This document shows, in pieces, positions 27,366-40,572 of a DNA stretch of 64,000 nt. Numbering within the stretch: position 1 is the stretch's first letter; each line of letters begins with the position of its first letter. Source of the DNA: Eledone cirrhosa (Eukaryota); contig OZ024743.1 of NCBI GenBank assembly GCA_964016885.1, positions 226,052,001 to 226,116,000 on the forward strand, given 5' to 3'. A program made the translations under genes and the position numbers. The notes beneath the pieces are model-generated. The model saw only the letters and a list, made by a program, of their open reading frames with translations, ran no database searches and had not been told where the DNA came from.

Positions 27366-27371
<6 letters not shown>
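26804..27371 (+). mobile_element. Retrozyme-like element: ~150-bp direct repeats enclosing an HHR
   Basis: Repeats 26804-26956 and 27231-27371; HHR at 27075; (TA)n flanks. Confidence 0.75.
27075..27117 (+). ncRNA. Minimal type I hammerhead ribozyme
   Basis: ACGGTG-CTGACGA-T-AGCT-AATA-AGCT-T-GAAA-C-TA-GTA-CATCGT. Confidence 0.85.
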
Positions 27372-27412
<41 letters not shown>

Positions 27413-27457
27413 ATAAGAAACGGAGAATCAGTGGTGCGATGAAAAATAACATTTATT

Positions 27458-27554
27458 AGACATATTACAATCGTTTCTCTGGCGACCAGCTCGAGGCACG
27501 ATCGATCCAATGATCGAACCTGACTCTGAAATCGCAAGATCCTCAGATACGTCT
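27458..27554 (-). ncRNA. Type I hammerhead ribozyme with long stem II, in TA-flanked segment 27410-27690
   Basis: Minus: AGACGTAT-CTGAGGA-TCT..AGA-GAAA-C-GATT-GTA-ATATGTCT; 8-bp stem I. Confidence 0.8.
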
Positions 27555-27687
27555 CGATTCTTCGAAGCAGAGTTTCCAAATATATACTGTATACATATAA
27601 CTAATTATTAGGGTCCTTATCTGTGAACGTTACGTTCCAATGTAATAAAGATGATCAGGTGCAAGAAGTTAAAAGCACTCATCGTCA

Positions 27688-27754
<67 letters not shown>

Positions 27755-28292
27755 CATTGTGATGCCAATTAAACACGACAGTGATTTCATGTACGAAATA
27801 ACGCTAAGACAGATGTCATGCTTATATAATTGTATCTATTACATTATGTTATGCGCATTTCAAGGACATGGTGGGTTATTATGTAATGGTTACACCAGAA
27901 ACTGGCACCGATGTGACAGCATCAGATATTAGCACAAATATGTGAAGTGTTTACGATGGTATGTTGATATGTCGCAGATAGAATAGGTCCGTCCTAGTGT
28001 AGATCCAGCGAACACACACACGCGCGCACACACATACACATACATATATATAGTAAACAAATCTGCGGAGCGTTGAGTGGGTTGATATTGCTCGGAATCA
28101 TGTACATCTTGTCCAACAGAAAGAAAAATATGGAGTAAATAGAATATGATCAGAACAATGAGTAATCACAGGAAAGTAAGAATAGTCATTGAGAAGAACG
28201 AAAAAGCTTTGACAATTAAATATGTCAATGAAAAACATCACCCAGTTTAGAATCCGATAAATGGATTAGTTACCTAACTAAGTATAGAACCA

Positions 28293-28417
28293 AAGTGAAA
28301 CTCAACTGTTGCGCGTGTTTTTATTGTCAACTTGACCCTCCGAAAGTAAAACATTATCTGTTTCACCACATGTCACCACATTAAAAGTCTTATTAAAGGA
28401 ATTTAAAAAAACGAAGT
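28293..28417 (+). mobile_element. Degenerate copy of the PLE2 3' terminus
   Basis: Alignable by eye to 51928-52050 and ends at the same point in (TA)n. Confidence 0.7.
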
Positions 28418-28455
28418 ATATATATATATATATATATATGTGTGTATGTAAAAGG

Positions 28456-28489
<34 letters not shown>

Positions 28490-28499
28490 TTTGTGTTTG

Positions 28500-28833
28500 A
28501 ATTTCTTTACAAGATTTTTTTTGATCTGGTGTGTCGTGTGTTGAATCAGATATTGCTTTACGTGCAAAGGCAACTGGCAGGAGACCCAGAGGTAGACCCG
28601 AGCATGGTGGTTGGATAACATCTATGAACGTGGCTGGTCTCGCTTAGGGATCTAGCCGGATCAGTTGGAGACGGTTGTTTCTGACAGGACCCACTGGAAG
28701 GAGTGTTTAAGGACTCTGCCACCACAACACTCTCAAGCATAAGGTGGCGAAGAAGGAGAAGAAGAAGAAGAAGAAGAAGAAGAAGAAGAAGAAGAAGAAG
28801 AAGAAGAAGAAGAAGAAGAAGAAGAAGAAGAAG
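28500..28833 (+). mobile_element. RTE-like LINE 3' end with (GAA)n tail
   Basis: GRRPRGRP..W..DR..W motif followed by (GAA)n. Confidence 0.65.
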
Positions 28834-29507
28834 ATATATAACGTATTTAGTTCTTATTTAATTCAAACCATATTATATTATGGCCAAGCCGGAGCACTCT
28901 CTGATGGTAAAGCCCTATCTTTTATTCAGTGTTTACCTTGTGCTCATGATGTTTATAAAGAACAGAGTGTTTGTATGTTTGTAGCTTTTGTATCAGTGGT
29001 TTGCTGGAAGATTCAGGGGAGATAACTAGTCACTGAAAAGTTTATAGTTTTCAACAGGTAACATTATTGTCACTTTCTTGATATCTTAAGATTAAGAATT
29101 AGATAAATGTTTCCTTAAACGTAAGATTATTGCAATAACATTTATCCCTTTTTTTATCAGCTGATGAAACATCTGACACTTGATAGAATCTCGCTTTTAA
29201 CTCGTTTATCCGATTGTGTATTGTAACATTTGGTTTCTGCACTGAAAAAAACATTTTATATCTCTCCCATTCCTTTATTTTCTTCCTATCACTTTATTTC
29301 AGGCTATCAAATTTCACTTAACTCACGACGAATTTATTTCGAAGTGAACTTCTTAACCGCACAATAATTGCGGAAAGGCATGATCAACGTTATCCTATTC
29401 TGCCGTTTATGCGTTGGAGTCGGGTTTCGTCGACGAGTGTTCCATTTTTTTGCTGACCCTTTGAATTACAAGTACAGCCCATCCGACTGGCATCCAAACA
29501 GTTTTCA

Positions 29508-29735
29508 TTAATCCTGTGGCATTTAAACCGGCCGTATCCGGCCATAATTCTCTCACCTCTCTCTGTTCAAACCGGACATAACTGGCCACTCATACTGACG
29601 TTAAGGTATTGTTCTCAAAATAAATAACATCAAAATCTTGTAGAATTGATATTATGTGAGATAATTATGAAGATAAAGACTTTACCACAAAAATACAATA
29701 GTATATATAGAGTAATGTAAATGCTAAAGGGTTAA
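29508..29735. mobile_element. piggyBac-like MITE
   Basis: TTAA-TCCTGTGGCATTTA ... TAAATGCTAAAGGG-TTAA imperfect TIRs with TTAA ends. Confidence 0.6.
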
Positions 29736-30300
29736 CCCAATTTCACTGACAAAACATAGGTGTGCCTGAGGTAATGGTAAATAACCAACCTACCGTGCAG
29801 TGGGATCGAACTCAGGACCTAATCGTTAACGATTCGGACTTGCTGCCTTCAAGACAGGATACGAAGCTTAAAAATGACAACGAATATTAACAACTCCGAA
29901 TACTTTCCTTGAGATACTGTGATAGCTACAGCAAGCTGACATTTGCATGCACAACGAACTCACACACACAGACACACACACACACACAATATATATATAC
30001 ATATATAAATACATGTATGTGTGTATATTGTAGTGAAAAAGGGTCGGTTATATCCAAAGTTGGTAGAGCACCCATAAATACTTCCGCTCTGGCTATAAAC
30101 ATCACGAGTTTAATTCTTTTCTAGGTGAAACACATGTCGTCGAGTATGGTTTGTTAATTGTTGTGGAACTAACTTTCTCTCTCTCCATCTCTCTCTCTGT
30201 CTCCCCCCTCTCTCTCTCTTGTAAACAGAAACAGCAACACGATCAGTACAGTATATGGAAGGGATATATTAGGTTGACGCTTGATATAGCAGGAAGAGGG

Positions 30301-30336
30301 TCTTAACGTTTCGGTCGCTAGTCCTTCAGCAGAAGA
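30301..30336 (-). ncRNA. Degenerate minimal HHR
   Basis: Minus: TCTT-CTGCTGA-AGGACTAGCGACC-GAAA-CGTT-AAGA; core A changed to C. Confidence 0.45.
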
Positions 30337-30917
30337 AAGAATGAGAAATAAGATAGATTGAGGGGACGGGCGGGATGGAATTGGAAAAAATGTCTTTAGA
30401 TAAAAATAACAGGTCCATTCATGTTGAAATCTCTTGCAAAACTGTTACTGCTCGCATTTTGTGTATGATTTATTTTTTTAGAAAAGTGGATGATGGAGTG
30501 CGTAATAATAATAAATACAAATTCCAAAATCCAGAGAGAACTCGATCAGGATTGTATACATATAAGTACATATAAACCCGTAGAGCAAATATCTATTATT
30601 AGCACAGATTAGAAGTTTAAGCAAATAATTTCTGCTTTCACCCTGAGCGATATCATCTGGAATCGAGAAATATCAATATGGGGATGCAGAAGTAAATGTT
30701 AAAAAAAATTAAGACTAATTATTTCCTTTAGAAAATAAAAAGTTATAGCGGTAGCGTGTGAGGACATTATCTTGAGATGAGCAAAATGTATGCAGTGAGA
30801 ATTACGTCATTAGGTGAAGCGAGAACAATTCTTGGTATGAATGATGTCTATACATCCGCAATGCACTGCGTACCTTTTTATTGTCGTTATGCTCCGACAC
30901 CATATAATATATAATAT

Positions 30918-31289
30918 GTAGGTTCCTGTGCGGTATCGGGGGTAACCACAGTTAAAATTGATACTCAATGCATTGGTAGAGTATAGGTATCTTTATTTGG
31001 ATTGGCAGTACCGGTAGAGCGTCTGACGCCATGCTTTGCAGCAAAGAGTTACGGCCCTTTATGGTCTGAGTTCAAATCCCGCCGAGTTTAACTTTGCCTT
31101 TCATCCTTTCGGGGTCGATAAAATAAAGCACCAGTAATACACTGTGATAATTGCTGGCCTTGTGCCAAAAGTAGAAACAATTATATGACTTTACAGGACT
31201 GGATCTTTTTCATTCGAATGAAATCATCAGGAATGCCCTTTGATTTCATACGAATGAAACAGTTCTAGTCCCGTAGAAGTCATTTCTAA

Positions 31290-31290
<1 letters not shown>
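30918..31290 (-). mobile_element. Diverged relative of the 10499 palindromic HHR element, interrupted by a plus-strand SINE A (30999-31184)
   Basis: Tail GTAGGTTCC..GGTAACCACAG..TACTCAAT..GAGTA and palindrome 31185-31285 resemble 10499-10691. Confidence 0.7.
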
Positions 31291-31348
<58 letters not shown>

Positions 31349-31514
31349 TACATCATCATCATCATCATTGCAAGGGTGGGACGGGAACTGATTCTGGCTT
31401 TATTTCTACAGCTGGATGCCCTTCCTAACACCAACCTCATTTACAGTGAGTTCTGGGTGCTTTTTTGCCGTGGCACCTCCACGACCACCTTGCAGTGGAA
31501 TGATAGGGACCCCA

Positions 31515-31665
31515 GTCCCTATCATCTCATTTCTACAGCTGAGTAAACTGAAGCAATGTGAAATAAAGTGTCTTGCTCAAGGAAACAACACATCACCCGG
31601 TCTGAGTATTGAACTCACAACCTTTCGATTGCAAGGCCAATGCTTTAACCACTAAGCCATATGCC
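31515..31665 (-). mobile_element. tRNA-derived SINE family B (CORE-like)
   Basis: Minus: TGGCTTAGTGGTTAAAGC A box, GAGTTCAAT B box, CCTTGAGCAAGACACTTTATTTCAC. Confidence 0.7.
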
Positions 31666-31667
31666 TC

Positions 31668-31723
<56 letters not shown>

Positions 31724-32142
31724 CACACACACACATACATATACACACACGCACACACATATATATATATATATTGTTATTGTCTTATATATATGTCTGT
31801 TTGTGTGTGTATGCGTTTGTTTATGTGTGTTTAAGGGGGACGGCGCATGCGCGTGTGCATGAGAGTATATGTATAATCAGGAATATATATAGAGAAATTG
31901 TAATTTGATAAGAGATAAATATAATTCGATAATAGAAAAATATAATTTAATGAGCAAACCGGCAAGGCGTAATGAATAAAACATATTAAGTAAAAAGAAA
32001 AGAAGAAAAACAAACCTCAACGTCAATAACTGCAACAACAGCAACAGTAGTAACAGTAGTAATAGTAGAGCCACTACACCACTTTCAATAGCAACAACTG
32101 TACTAAGAAGACTATTAACTTGAAAGAATAGTAATGAGAATT

Positions 32143-32291
<149 letters not shown>

Positions 32292-32849
32292 CTAACACAT
32301 AACACCCAGTAATGTTTTAGCACCAAACATGAAAATGGTTTCTTTAGTCAAATGTTTATAGTATCACTAGTAGTTGTGAGTTTGTCGTAAACATTTGCCA
32401 TTTTATACTAAAGGCTTTAATTTTGAATGTGATGCGATCATAGTGCTGTTTTGTACTTCCCAAGAAAGACTTTTTAATATGGTTTGGTGTGGTACAGAAC
32501 GTTAATAGTATGATTATAATCCAGATCACAACCAGTTCTGCTATAATCACTATCGTTACCACCACTATGATAATATAGATTAGATATTATTCCTCATATA
32601 ATGAAACAAAAAAAGCAAAAAGAAAACAGGATAATCAACCCAAAGTGACAAAAATGGGAATATGATATGTAATGGTATTTAGGGGAATTTAAGTCGTGGT
32701 TCATACAACTTTGAGTGAAGGTTTCTAGTTGAAATTCTAGTCGCGATTCCTTTTGAAGCCGGGCGGTAGGAGCAACTATAATCGAACTCATGGCTTACGA
32801 AGATGATTCGAATATCCTAACCACTAAACCAGGCACATTCGTATTTGAA

Positions 32850-34000
32850 GTTCATCATGGTGAACTATAATGGCAGGGAAGGGATGTGAGGAATGGTCAG
32901 AGAAGTTGAAGTGGTGATATGAAGCTTTTAGTATGCTCAAAACATTGTTATAAAGATGGATGAAATCCACCTAGAACCAATCTTCCAAGCAATGACGAGT
33001 CTCATCTTTGGTGGTTCAAGAACAAGAGCTTGATCAAATAAGTGCCACACTTGAAACATCAATACTGATGATGATAGCATCAACTAAATCAAGGCGATGT
33101 CTGAACATAGCCACAATCTAATAACTGAACCCAGTTAAGGTTAGGATTGCACTGTCAGCCTGCAATGCGATATAATACATTAGCATAGTTGCAATGGATG
33201 ATAGCTAGAAACTCGAACAGCGAACGAGGGGTTATCATATAGTGTTGGTGTTGGAGATGAAGGGACAATCATTGCATCGAGCGGGAAGCAGGCTGAGGTT
33301 AAAGTTTGGGTGTGGCTGAGAACAAAAGACCCTCTGGCGAGAACGACACGTAGGATTTTGTCATATTTGAAGGAGAGAAGTTGAAGTTCAAACAAGATAT
33401 GAATAGTGGCAAGTCGGACGTTAATGGACAGGACAGAAGTTGGTAGGAGGATATAATAGAGTGGATGGCAAGATTGGCCATGACAGTGAGCCTAGTCCAC
33501 AAAGGTTGTAGACACTCAGGAGCAGGGAAAAACAAAACTGTTTGGTGAACGTTCCTTGGAAACTTATACACAGGTAACGAAAACGAAGGAATTTACAGAA
33601 GTGGATAGCGCATTTGGTGTGGGTAAGATGCAAGAAATAAGAGCCAGGCTTATAGAAGAAGAAGGTGGAGAAGTAGGGGTATCGATGTGGACAAGATGTG
33701 GCAAGTGGATTCAAATGCTGCGTGGAAAATATTAACAAAGGATATGAATCGAACTCTGGTGAGTGTGTTGGAACTGGTTCAGCCGTGAATATAAAGACCA
33801 TGTCGTTCAGTTGATGCATGATACTGGGTGAAACTGGGCCTCAAAATAGGAAACATACAGAATACGATAACTGCGAAACGTCATGGCGTTCATGATAATT
33901 CTAGTGATCTAATTGTAGAAACCATAGATAGGAGAAGCTGAAGATGAGACAAAGTTCAGAGAGTGGAGGGTAATAAGAGTTTGCTGAGCAAAGTTCTTGT
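32850..34000 (-). mobile_element. Possible highly decayed LINE remnant
   Basis: Higher GC and strand-skewed; only faint RT-flanking-like peptide traces; no clean motif. Confidence 0.3.
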
Positions 34001-34379
34001 CATCATGAAAGACGATGGAGAAGAAAGATTTTTTATGTATGGTAAAAGCGAAGAGAAGTTTGAAAAGTCTAGGAATGGTGGAAAAGGAGTTGAAAAAAAA
34101 ACGAAGGGTGTATTCTTAGGTCGTAGTAAATCATGATAACGAAATAAACATATTAAAGCACACGGCCATATCTGTGTCCAGTCCATTGCAAACGGTGTAG
34201 GACAAAAGAAACAGACAATAAAAGAGACGTCCGGGAAATCTGACTATATTACGTCGTCAGAAATACAAAACTTTCAAATACAAATTAGAAATTCTAAAGA
34301 CATATTGATGGTGTCTGTTGCCAGACAGACTGAGTGAACTATTTGACTTTTTCTTGTCAAAGTTATTCATCAATTATCA

Positions 34380-34458
<79 letters not shown>

Positions 34459-34524
34459 TATATACATATATATATATGTATATATATATATATAAGTATA
34501 TATATATATATATATATATATAAG

Positions 34525-34588
<64 letters not shown>

Positions 34589-34608
34589 CATATACATATA
34601 TATATATG

Positions 34609-34703
<95 letters not shown>

Positions 34704-34784
34704 TTGTAAGTGTCTTTTTTAGAGATTTAGTTCCTCACATATTTCAAGCCGGTCACAAACAAAAGGAGGTGTCTTTCCTGAGCA

Positions 34785-34851
<67 letters not shown>

Positions 34852-35518
34852 ACGTGTGGGCGTGTGTGGGCGTGTGTGAGCACTTGTGTGTGTATATGTG
34901 TAGTGGAGTTTGTATACTTTCAATCATGTTATGATTGGAGATATCTCTTTAGTATATGTGTTTCTCGCTCTGTCCGCCTGTGCACACGCGTGATATATAT
35001 ATATATATATATATATATTGTATAAGTGTATATGCACACACTTGGATGTGATTGTAGAAGAAGACGTTTGAGTATTGTGGTATTCTCGGGTCTATATCGA
35101 ATTGTTCCTTACAAAAGAGCAATAACTCTGAATAGTTTACACAAGCTCTTATCTGCTTTGAACCGCTTGAATTCCTTTACGTTGTTGTAGACTAAACAGA
35201 TGATGTGTGGATCAACTTATATTAAAGAGAATATCCAAACGAATGTGACGGAGGCTAGTAATTTAGTTGCAACACCCGAACACGGAGACTCCTACTTGCA
35301 AAGTGAACCTCTTAGTCATACGATCGTATACTTTGAAACCAGATCTTACCGTATTAAAACACGAAGGTATTCGTAGATATATAGACTTTATTAAGCAACA
35401 AAATAACAACAGCAGCATTTTGTTTTTATCTTTAATAAAGGTTGATATTTTATTATTACATATTTCAAAGGCTCACTTTACATATTTAGTATTAGAACAC
35501 GTATCAATGCCCAACACA

Positions 35519-35605
<87 letters not shown>

Positions 35606-35736
35606 AGGGAGAGAGAGAGTGAGAGAGAGGATGGAGAGGAAGAAAGAGAAAGAGTTTCATCTTTATGAACTATGTTTCCATAGTGAAATAATTCCGTACT
35701 TAGTTATTTTCAACGACCGGTCTGTTTATTCCGTCT

Positions 35737-35813
35737 GTCTGGGATATAGTCTAAATCTGAAGTCTGGATATAGTCTAAATCTGAAGTCTGGATATAGTCT
35801 AAATCTGAAGTCT
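35737..35813. repeat. 24-bp tandem repeat x3
   Basis: GGATATAGTCTAAATCTGAAGTCT. Confidence 0.9.
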
Positions 35814-35819
35814 GTCTTA

Positions 35820-36050
35820 AGCCAGAAGGCTAATCAGGCCGGTCCTTATCCTGGTTTCATGGCGGGATGCGACTGAGAATACAAGACTCCCCCCTGGACA
35901 GGACGCCAGTTCATCGCAGGATTAAACCCCCAGATATAGCTGGTAATCATTTTCAGCTGAGTATACTGGAGCAACGTGAAATAAGGAGTTTTGCTCAAGA
36001 ACACAACACGCAACCCAGGAATCGAACCCACGACATTGTGATCGTAAGTG
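35820..36050 (-). mobile_element. SINE family B
   Basis: Minus: GGGTTCGATTCC B box, TTCTTGAGCAAAACTCCTTATTTCAC. Confidence 0.7.
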
Positions 36051-36136
36051 TCTGGGACATAACGAAAGTAGAATTATTATAGTTGTTGCTGATGACACTT
36101 GTTTTGCCAAAGTAATGATGTTGTCTTAATACATAT

Positions 36137-36307
36137 AATTGTTTTTACTTTAGGCCCAAGGCCAGAAATTACCCGGTGCATTACTGTTACTTTATTTTAT
36201 CGACCCCGTAAGGATAAAAGGCAAAGTCAACATCGGCGGGATTTGAACTCAGATCGTAAAGGGACGTAACTATGCGTCCGACCCTCTACCGATACTGCCA
36301 ATCCACC
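36137..36307 (-). mobile_element. SINE family A
   Basis: Similar to 8311-8496. Confidence 0.85.
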
Positions 36308-36891
36308 AATACATATAATGAGTTGTATTAGTAAATGTATGTGTTTGTAGAGACCAACGGTAGGAAACAGTTTATGAAATGTCCCTCTTCCTGCTGTTCT
36401 TTCGCACTACCTTTCGACGTATATATCCCAGTCAAATGTCGCCTCATGGTCCAAGCGGTCAGAATGAAGACAACGTTAACTCAGATGATTGCGAAGCAGA
36501 TGCGTTAAAATAGCTATTACATTGCCCGAGGGTCACGTCTGCAGGTGGTCAGTTTCTTCCTGATAGCAGCGAGTCGGGAGATGCTTCAGTGATCTAGAAC
36601 ACCAGAAGTCTCCATCCTTAATAGCTCAACCTTAAACATATTAGAAAGCGGCCGATACTTCAACATCTTACGATCTCCTATCTTTGTGCTATTGCCATTA
36701 CTGCCATTACTGCCATTACTGCTGCGGCTGTTGCTATTTCTGTTATTTCTTGATGTTCATGCTTGTTCTGAAAGTTTTAATTGTTTCTGGTGTTGTTTAG
36801 TAATAAATAAATACATAAATGAATAAATACAGAATAATAGTCTGAAATAAAAGTTCATTATATCTTTAAATTTCAATCACACACACATACA

Positions 36892-36972
<81 letters not shown>

Positions 36973-37164
36973 ACACACAGACACACACACAGACACACAC
37001 ACACACACACACGCACACACACACACACACACACAGACACACACACATGCAATTACACACTCACACACACACAAACACATGCGCACACATTATATATATA
37101 TATGCACATAATATATGTAATACATTATGTATATATTACATATATTATAAGTGTAATATATATA

Positions 37165-37263
<99 letters not shown>

Positions 37264-37474
37264 CACTTATAATATATGTAATATATGTAAAATCTGGAGG
37301 TTTTCCCCTGTGAGTTATGCAGTTGCTTCTACAAAACACTGTTATCCACAACACTGGTGCAGAACAAAATATCTGTTGATAACATGATATTCCTCGTTCG
37401 ATCATTATAGCAAAAGCTTATTGTTTTAAGCAGATAGTATTATTGATTTAGGTGTCACAGAAACCCTGTACTGG

Positions 37475-38261
37475 ATTTTAGTAAGTTGATTTTATAATTT
37501 TCTTATTTTACGTCTCTCATATTATTGTTCTGCAACCCCATGCATTGAACCACAAAGTTACTAAGACAAAACCTATATATTTGCTAGCATAAGTATGCAT
37601 CTGTGTGTATATATATATGTTACTAGATATACTAATTCTTTATAATTATCTCCAAATTATTTGTCGAGCAAAATTGGCCAAGACTGCTGCTATGGTAACA
37701 GTCAGGCTGATGTCTTCTTAACAAACCACTTTCCACTGATTGACTTCGATGTCACGTGATTGATTCTTTTGAATTTGCCACCGACGCAGTAGGCAGTGAT
37801 TTTCTCAATGGCTAGGAATTTAGTCCACGCTTTGATTTTTTCTATCCACTGAATTATTTTTGTATAAGTTCCCAGTGTCCACGTATTTCCTGGAAACTTA
37901 GCTGAGAATAGACTTCCCTGATGACGAAAGGCTTCTCTGTACACTTCTTCGGAAAGTGTGTTTATTCCCTTTCAGAAACTAATTAGTTGGGAGTGAAATT
38001 TTAGTAAGTAAGTTAATTTTATAATTTTCTTATTTTACGTCTCTCATATTATTGTTCTGCAACCCCATGCATTGAACCACAAAGTTACTAAGACAAAACC
38101 TATATATTTGCTAGCATAAGTATACATCTGTGTGTATATATATGTTACTAGATATACTAATTAAAAATAAAAAAAATAAAAATGTTTTAATTTAAAATAA
38201 ATTGGAGTGAAAGCAACTGGTGCGTGTGTTTCTTATTGGCAACATGACCCTCCCAAAGTAT

Positions 38262-38270
<9 letters not shown>
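37475..38270 (+). mobile_element. Retrozyme-like element: direct repeats, HHR and the PLE2 terminus
   Basis: Repeats 37475-37637 and 37998-38162; HHR 37912-37994; 38197-38270 matches the PLE2 end. Confidence 0.8.
37912..37994 (+). ncRNA. Type I hammerhead ribozyme
   Basis: ACTTCC-CTGATGA-C-GAAAGG..(cTTCGg-capped hairpin)..CCTTTC-A-GAAA-CT-AATT-AG-TT-GGGAGT. Confidence 0.85.
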
Positions 38271-38355
<85 letters not shown>

Positions 38356-39021
38356 TGCTTCCTATGTTTTGTTTTATTTCATTTATTAACTATATATATA
38401 TTATTATTGCCGCAAAGCACAATGGTCTGAATATCAGTAAATTAATGATTTAGAGTAAAAGAGAAAGAAACAACACTTCTATAAAGCCTCTCCCCCACAT
38501 AAAAGCAAACAAACAAAAGTTTATAAATTTGTCTGTCAATTAAATCAAAGCATAAACATTAAGAAAACACAATACCAAAATATCTTTGTGTTTAAATACA
38601 AATATAAATTGTATATACGTATAAGGAAATATTTTGTTTCAAAATTTTGAGACAAAAAAATTAATATCATAAACGAAACAAAAGATTTTGTTACAAGTCC
38701 CCAAATGACACTTTGACGAAAAGTAGGTAGATTAATAAGTAATATATTATTGATTTTAATTATGTCCAAGAATATAATGATGACGATGATAATAGGGTGA
38801 GGACGGTTGAGGCGGTGGTGATGATGATGGTGGTGATGGCATTGGTGGTGATGATGGTGGCGATGGTGGTGATAATAATGATGGTAGTGGCATCAAACAT
38901 TGATAATGGTGGTTATAATGGTTGTGGCGGTAGTGATAATGATGGCGGAGGTGATGGCATTGTTGATGATGGTCGTGGTGATACTGATGCTGGTGGTGAT
39001 GATGGTGGCGATGGTGGTGAT

Positions 39022-40189
39022 AATAATTGTTTCTACTATTGGCACAAGGCCAGCAATTACCCAGTGCATTACTAGTGCTTTATTTTATCGATCCCGTAGG
39101 GATGAAAGTTACCCTCGGCGGGATTTGAACTCAGACCGCAAAGGGACGTAACTCTATGCTGGAAAGCATGGCGTCTGACCCTCTACCGATACTGAGCGGT
39201 GATAGTGATAATGTTGGTTATCATGGTTGCGACGGTAGGGATATAGATGGTGGTGGGGATGGCATTGCTGGTGATCCCAGTAGTAGTGACGATGGTCGTG
39301 ATGATGATGGTGGTGGTGATGATGATGGTAGTGGTAATATTGATGGTGGCAATTATAGCATTGGCATTATGGTGGTGATGGTGATAACAATTCTTTCTAC
39401 TTTTGGCACAAGGCCAGCAATTACCCAGTGCATTACTGGTACTTTATTTTATCGACCCCGTAAGTATGAAAGGCAAAGTTAACCTCGGCGGGATTTGAAC
39501 TCAGTCTGTAAAGGGACGAAACTCTATGCTGCAAAGCATGGCGTCAGTCCCTGTACCGATACTGCCAATCCACTCGGTGGTGATAATGATGGAGATGATG
39601 ATGTTGGTGGTCACAGATTGGTAATAATGATGGAGGGGGTGAAGATGGTGGTGGTGGGGGTGAAGACGATGGTGGTGGTGGTAATTATAGCCGTGGTGGT
39701 GGTGATAATGATGGTAATGGAGATGATATTGATAATGTTATTACTGCTAATACTTCCACTAGTACTGCTGCTGTTGCTGTTGCTACTAATATTACAATTA
39801 GTATCACACGTGGTACTAATAGTAACAATATTTTTCTTACTATTCAAAATATTGATTTCTTTTTAAATAACAATAATAAACATAACAACAACAACAACAA
39901 CAACAATAACAATAATAACAACAACAACAACAACAACATTAACAACAACGATAATAATAATCATAATAATTGTTTCTACTTTAGGCATAAAGCCAGCAAT
40001 TTTTTTAAGGGGAGGGGAAAGTCGATTAACTCGACACCAGTGCATTACTGGTACTTTATTTTATCGACCCCATAAAGCTGAAAGCAAAGTTAACCTCAGC
40101 GGGATTTGAACTCAGACATTAAAGGGGCGTAACTCGATGCTGCAAAGCATGGCGTCCGACCATCTACCAATACTCCCAATCCACCACCC
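39022..40189 (-). mobile_element. Three SINE family A copies in (GAT/GGT/AAC)n low-complexity DNA
   Basis: 39022-39196, 39385-39572, 39965-40189. Confidence 0.85.
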
Positions 40190-40239
<50 letters not shown>

Positions 40240-40241
<2 letters not shown>

Positions 40242-40540
40242 GCAATACCAGTGGTTGTAGGCGCTCTGGGAATGATACCTAAGGGGTCTAATGATTACAT
40301 ATCGCAAATCCCAGGAAACCCGCGTATAGGAGAAATACAAAAGATAGTACTAATGGGAACTGCCCATATACTAAGGAAGATTCTGTCAATATAAGTACAT
40401 CACAAGTCTAAACACTAAAGATGCATGTGTGAATATGTATGTTCTTTCTTGAACATTGCGGACCTTATTGTCTCTTGAGGTCACTGGTTGTGACTTGGTG
40501 ATAACTCGTATGAACATAAAGCAAGATAAATGCAACTATA
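40240..40540 (+). mobile_element. R4/Dong-like non-LTR 3' end within (AAT)n
   Basis: IPVVVGALG..IQKIVLMGTAHILRKIL*; (AAT)n on both sides. Confidence 0.75.
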
Positions 40541-40572
40541 ATAATAATAATAATAATAATGATAATAATAAT

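Noticed and set aside
29160-29240. CTGATGA near a possible stem
   Set aside because: No matching GAAA or stem I
29407-29589. 60-aa ORF resembling an exon
   Set aside because: Overlaps the piggyBac-like MITE
35737-35813. CRISPR-like repeat
   Set aside because: No spacers; eukaryotic context
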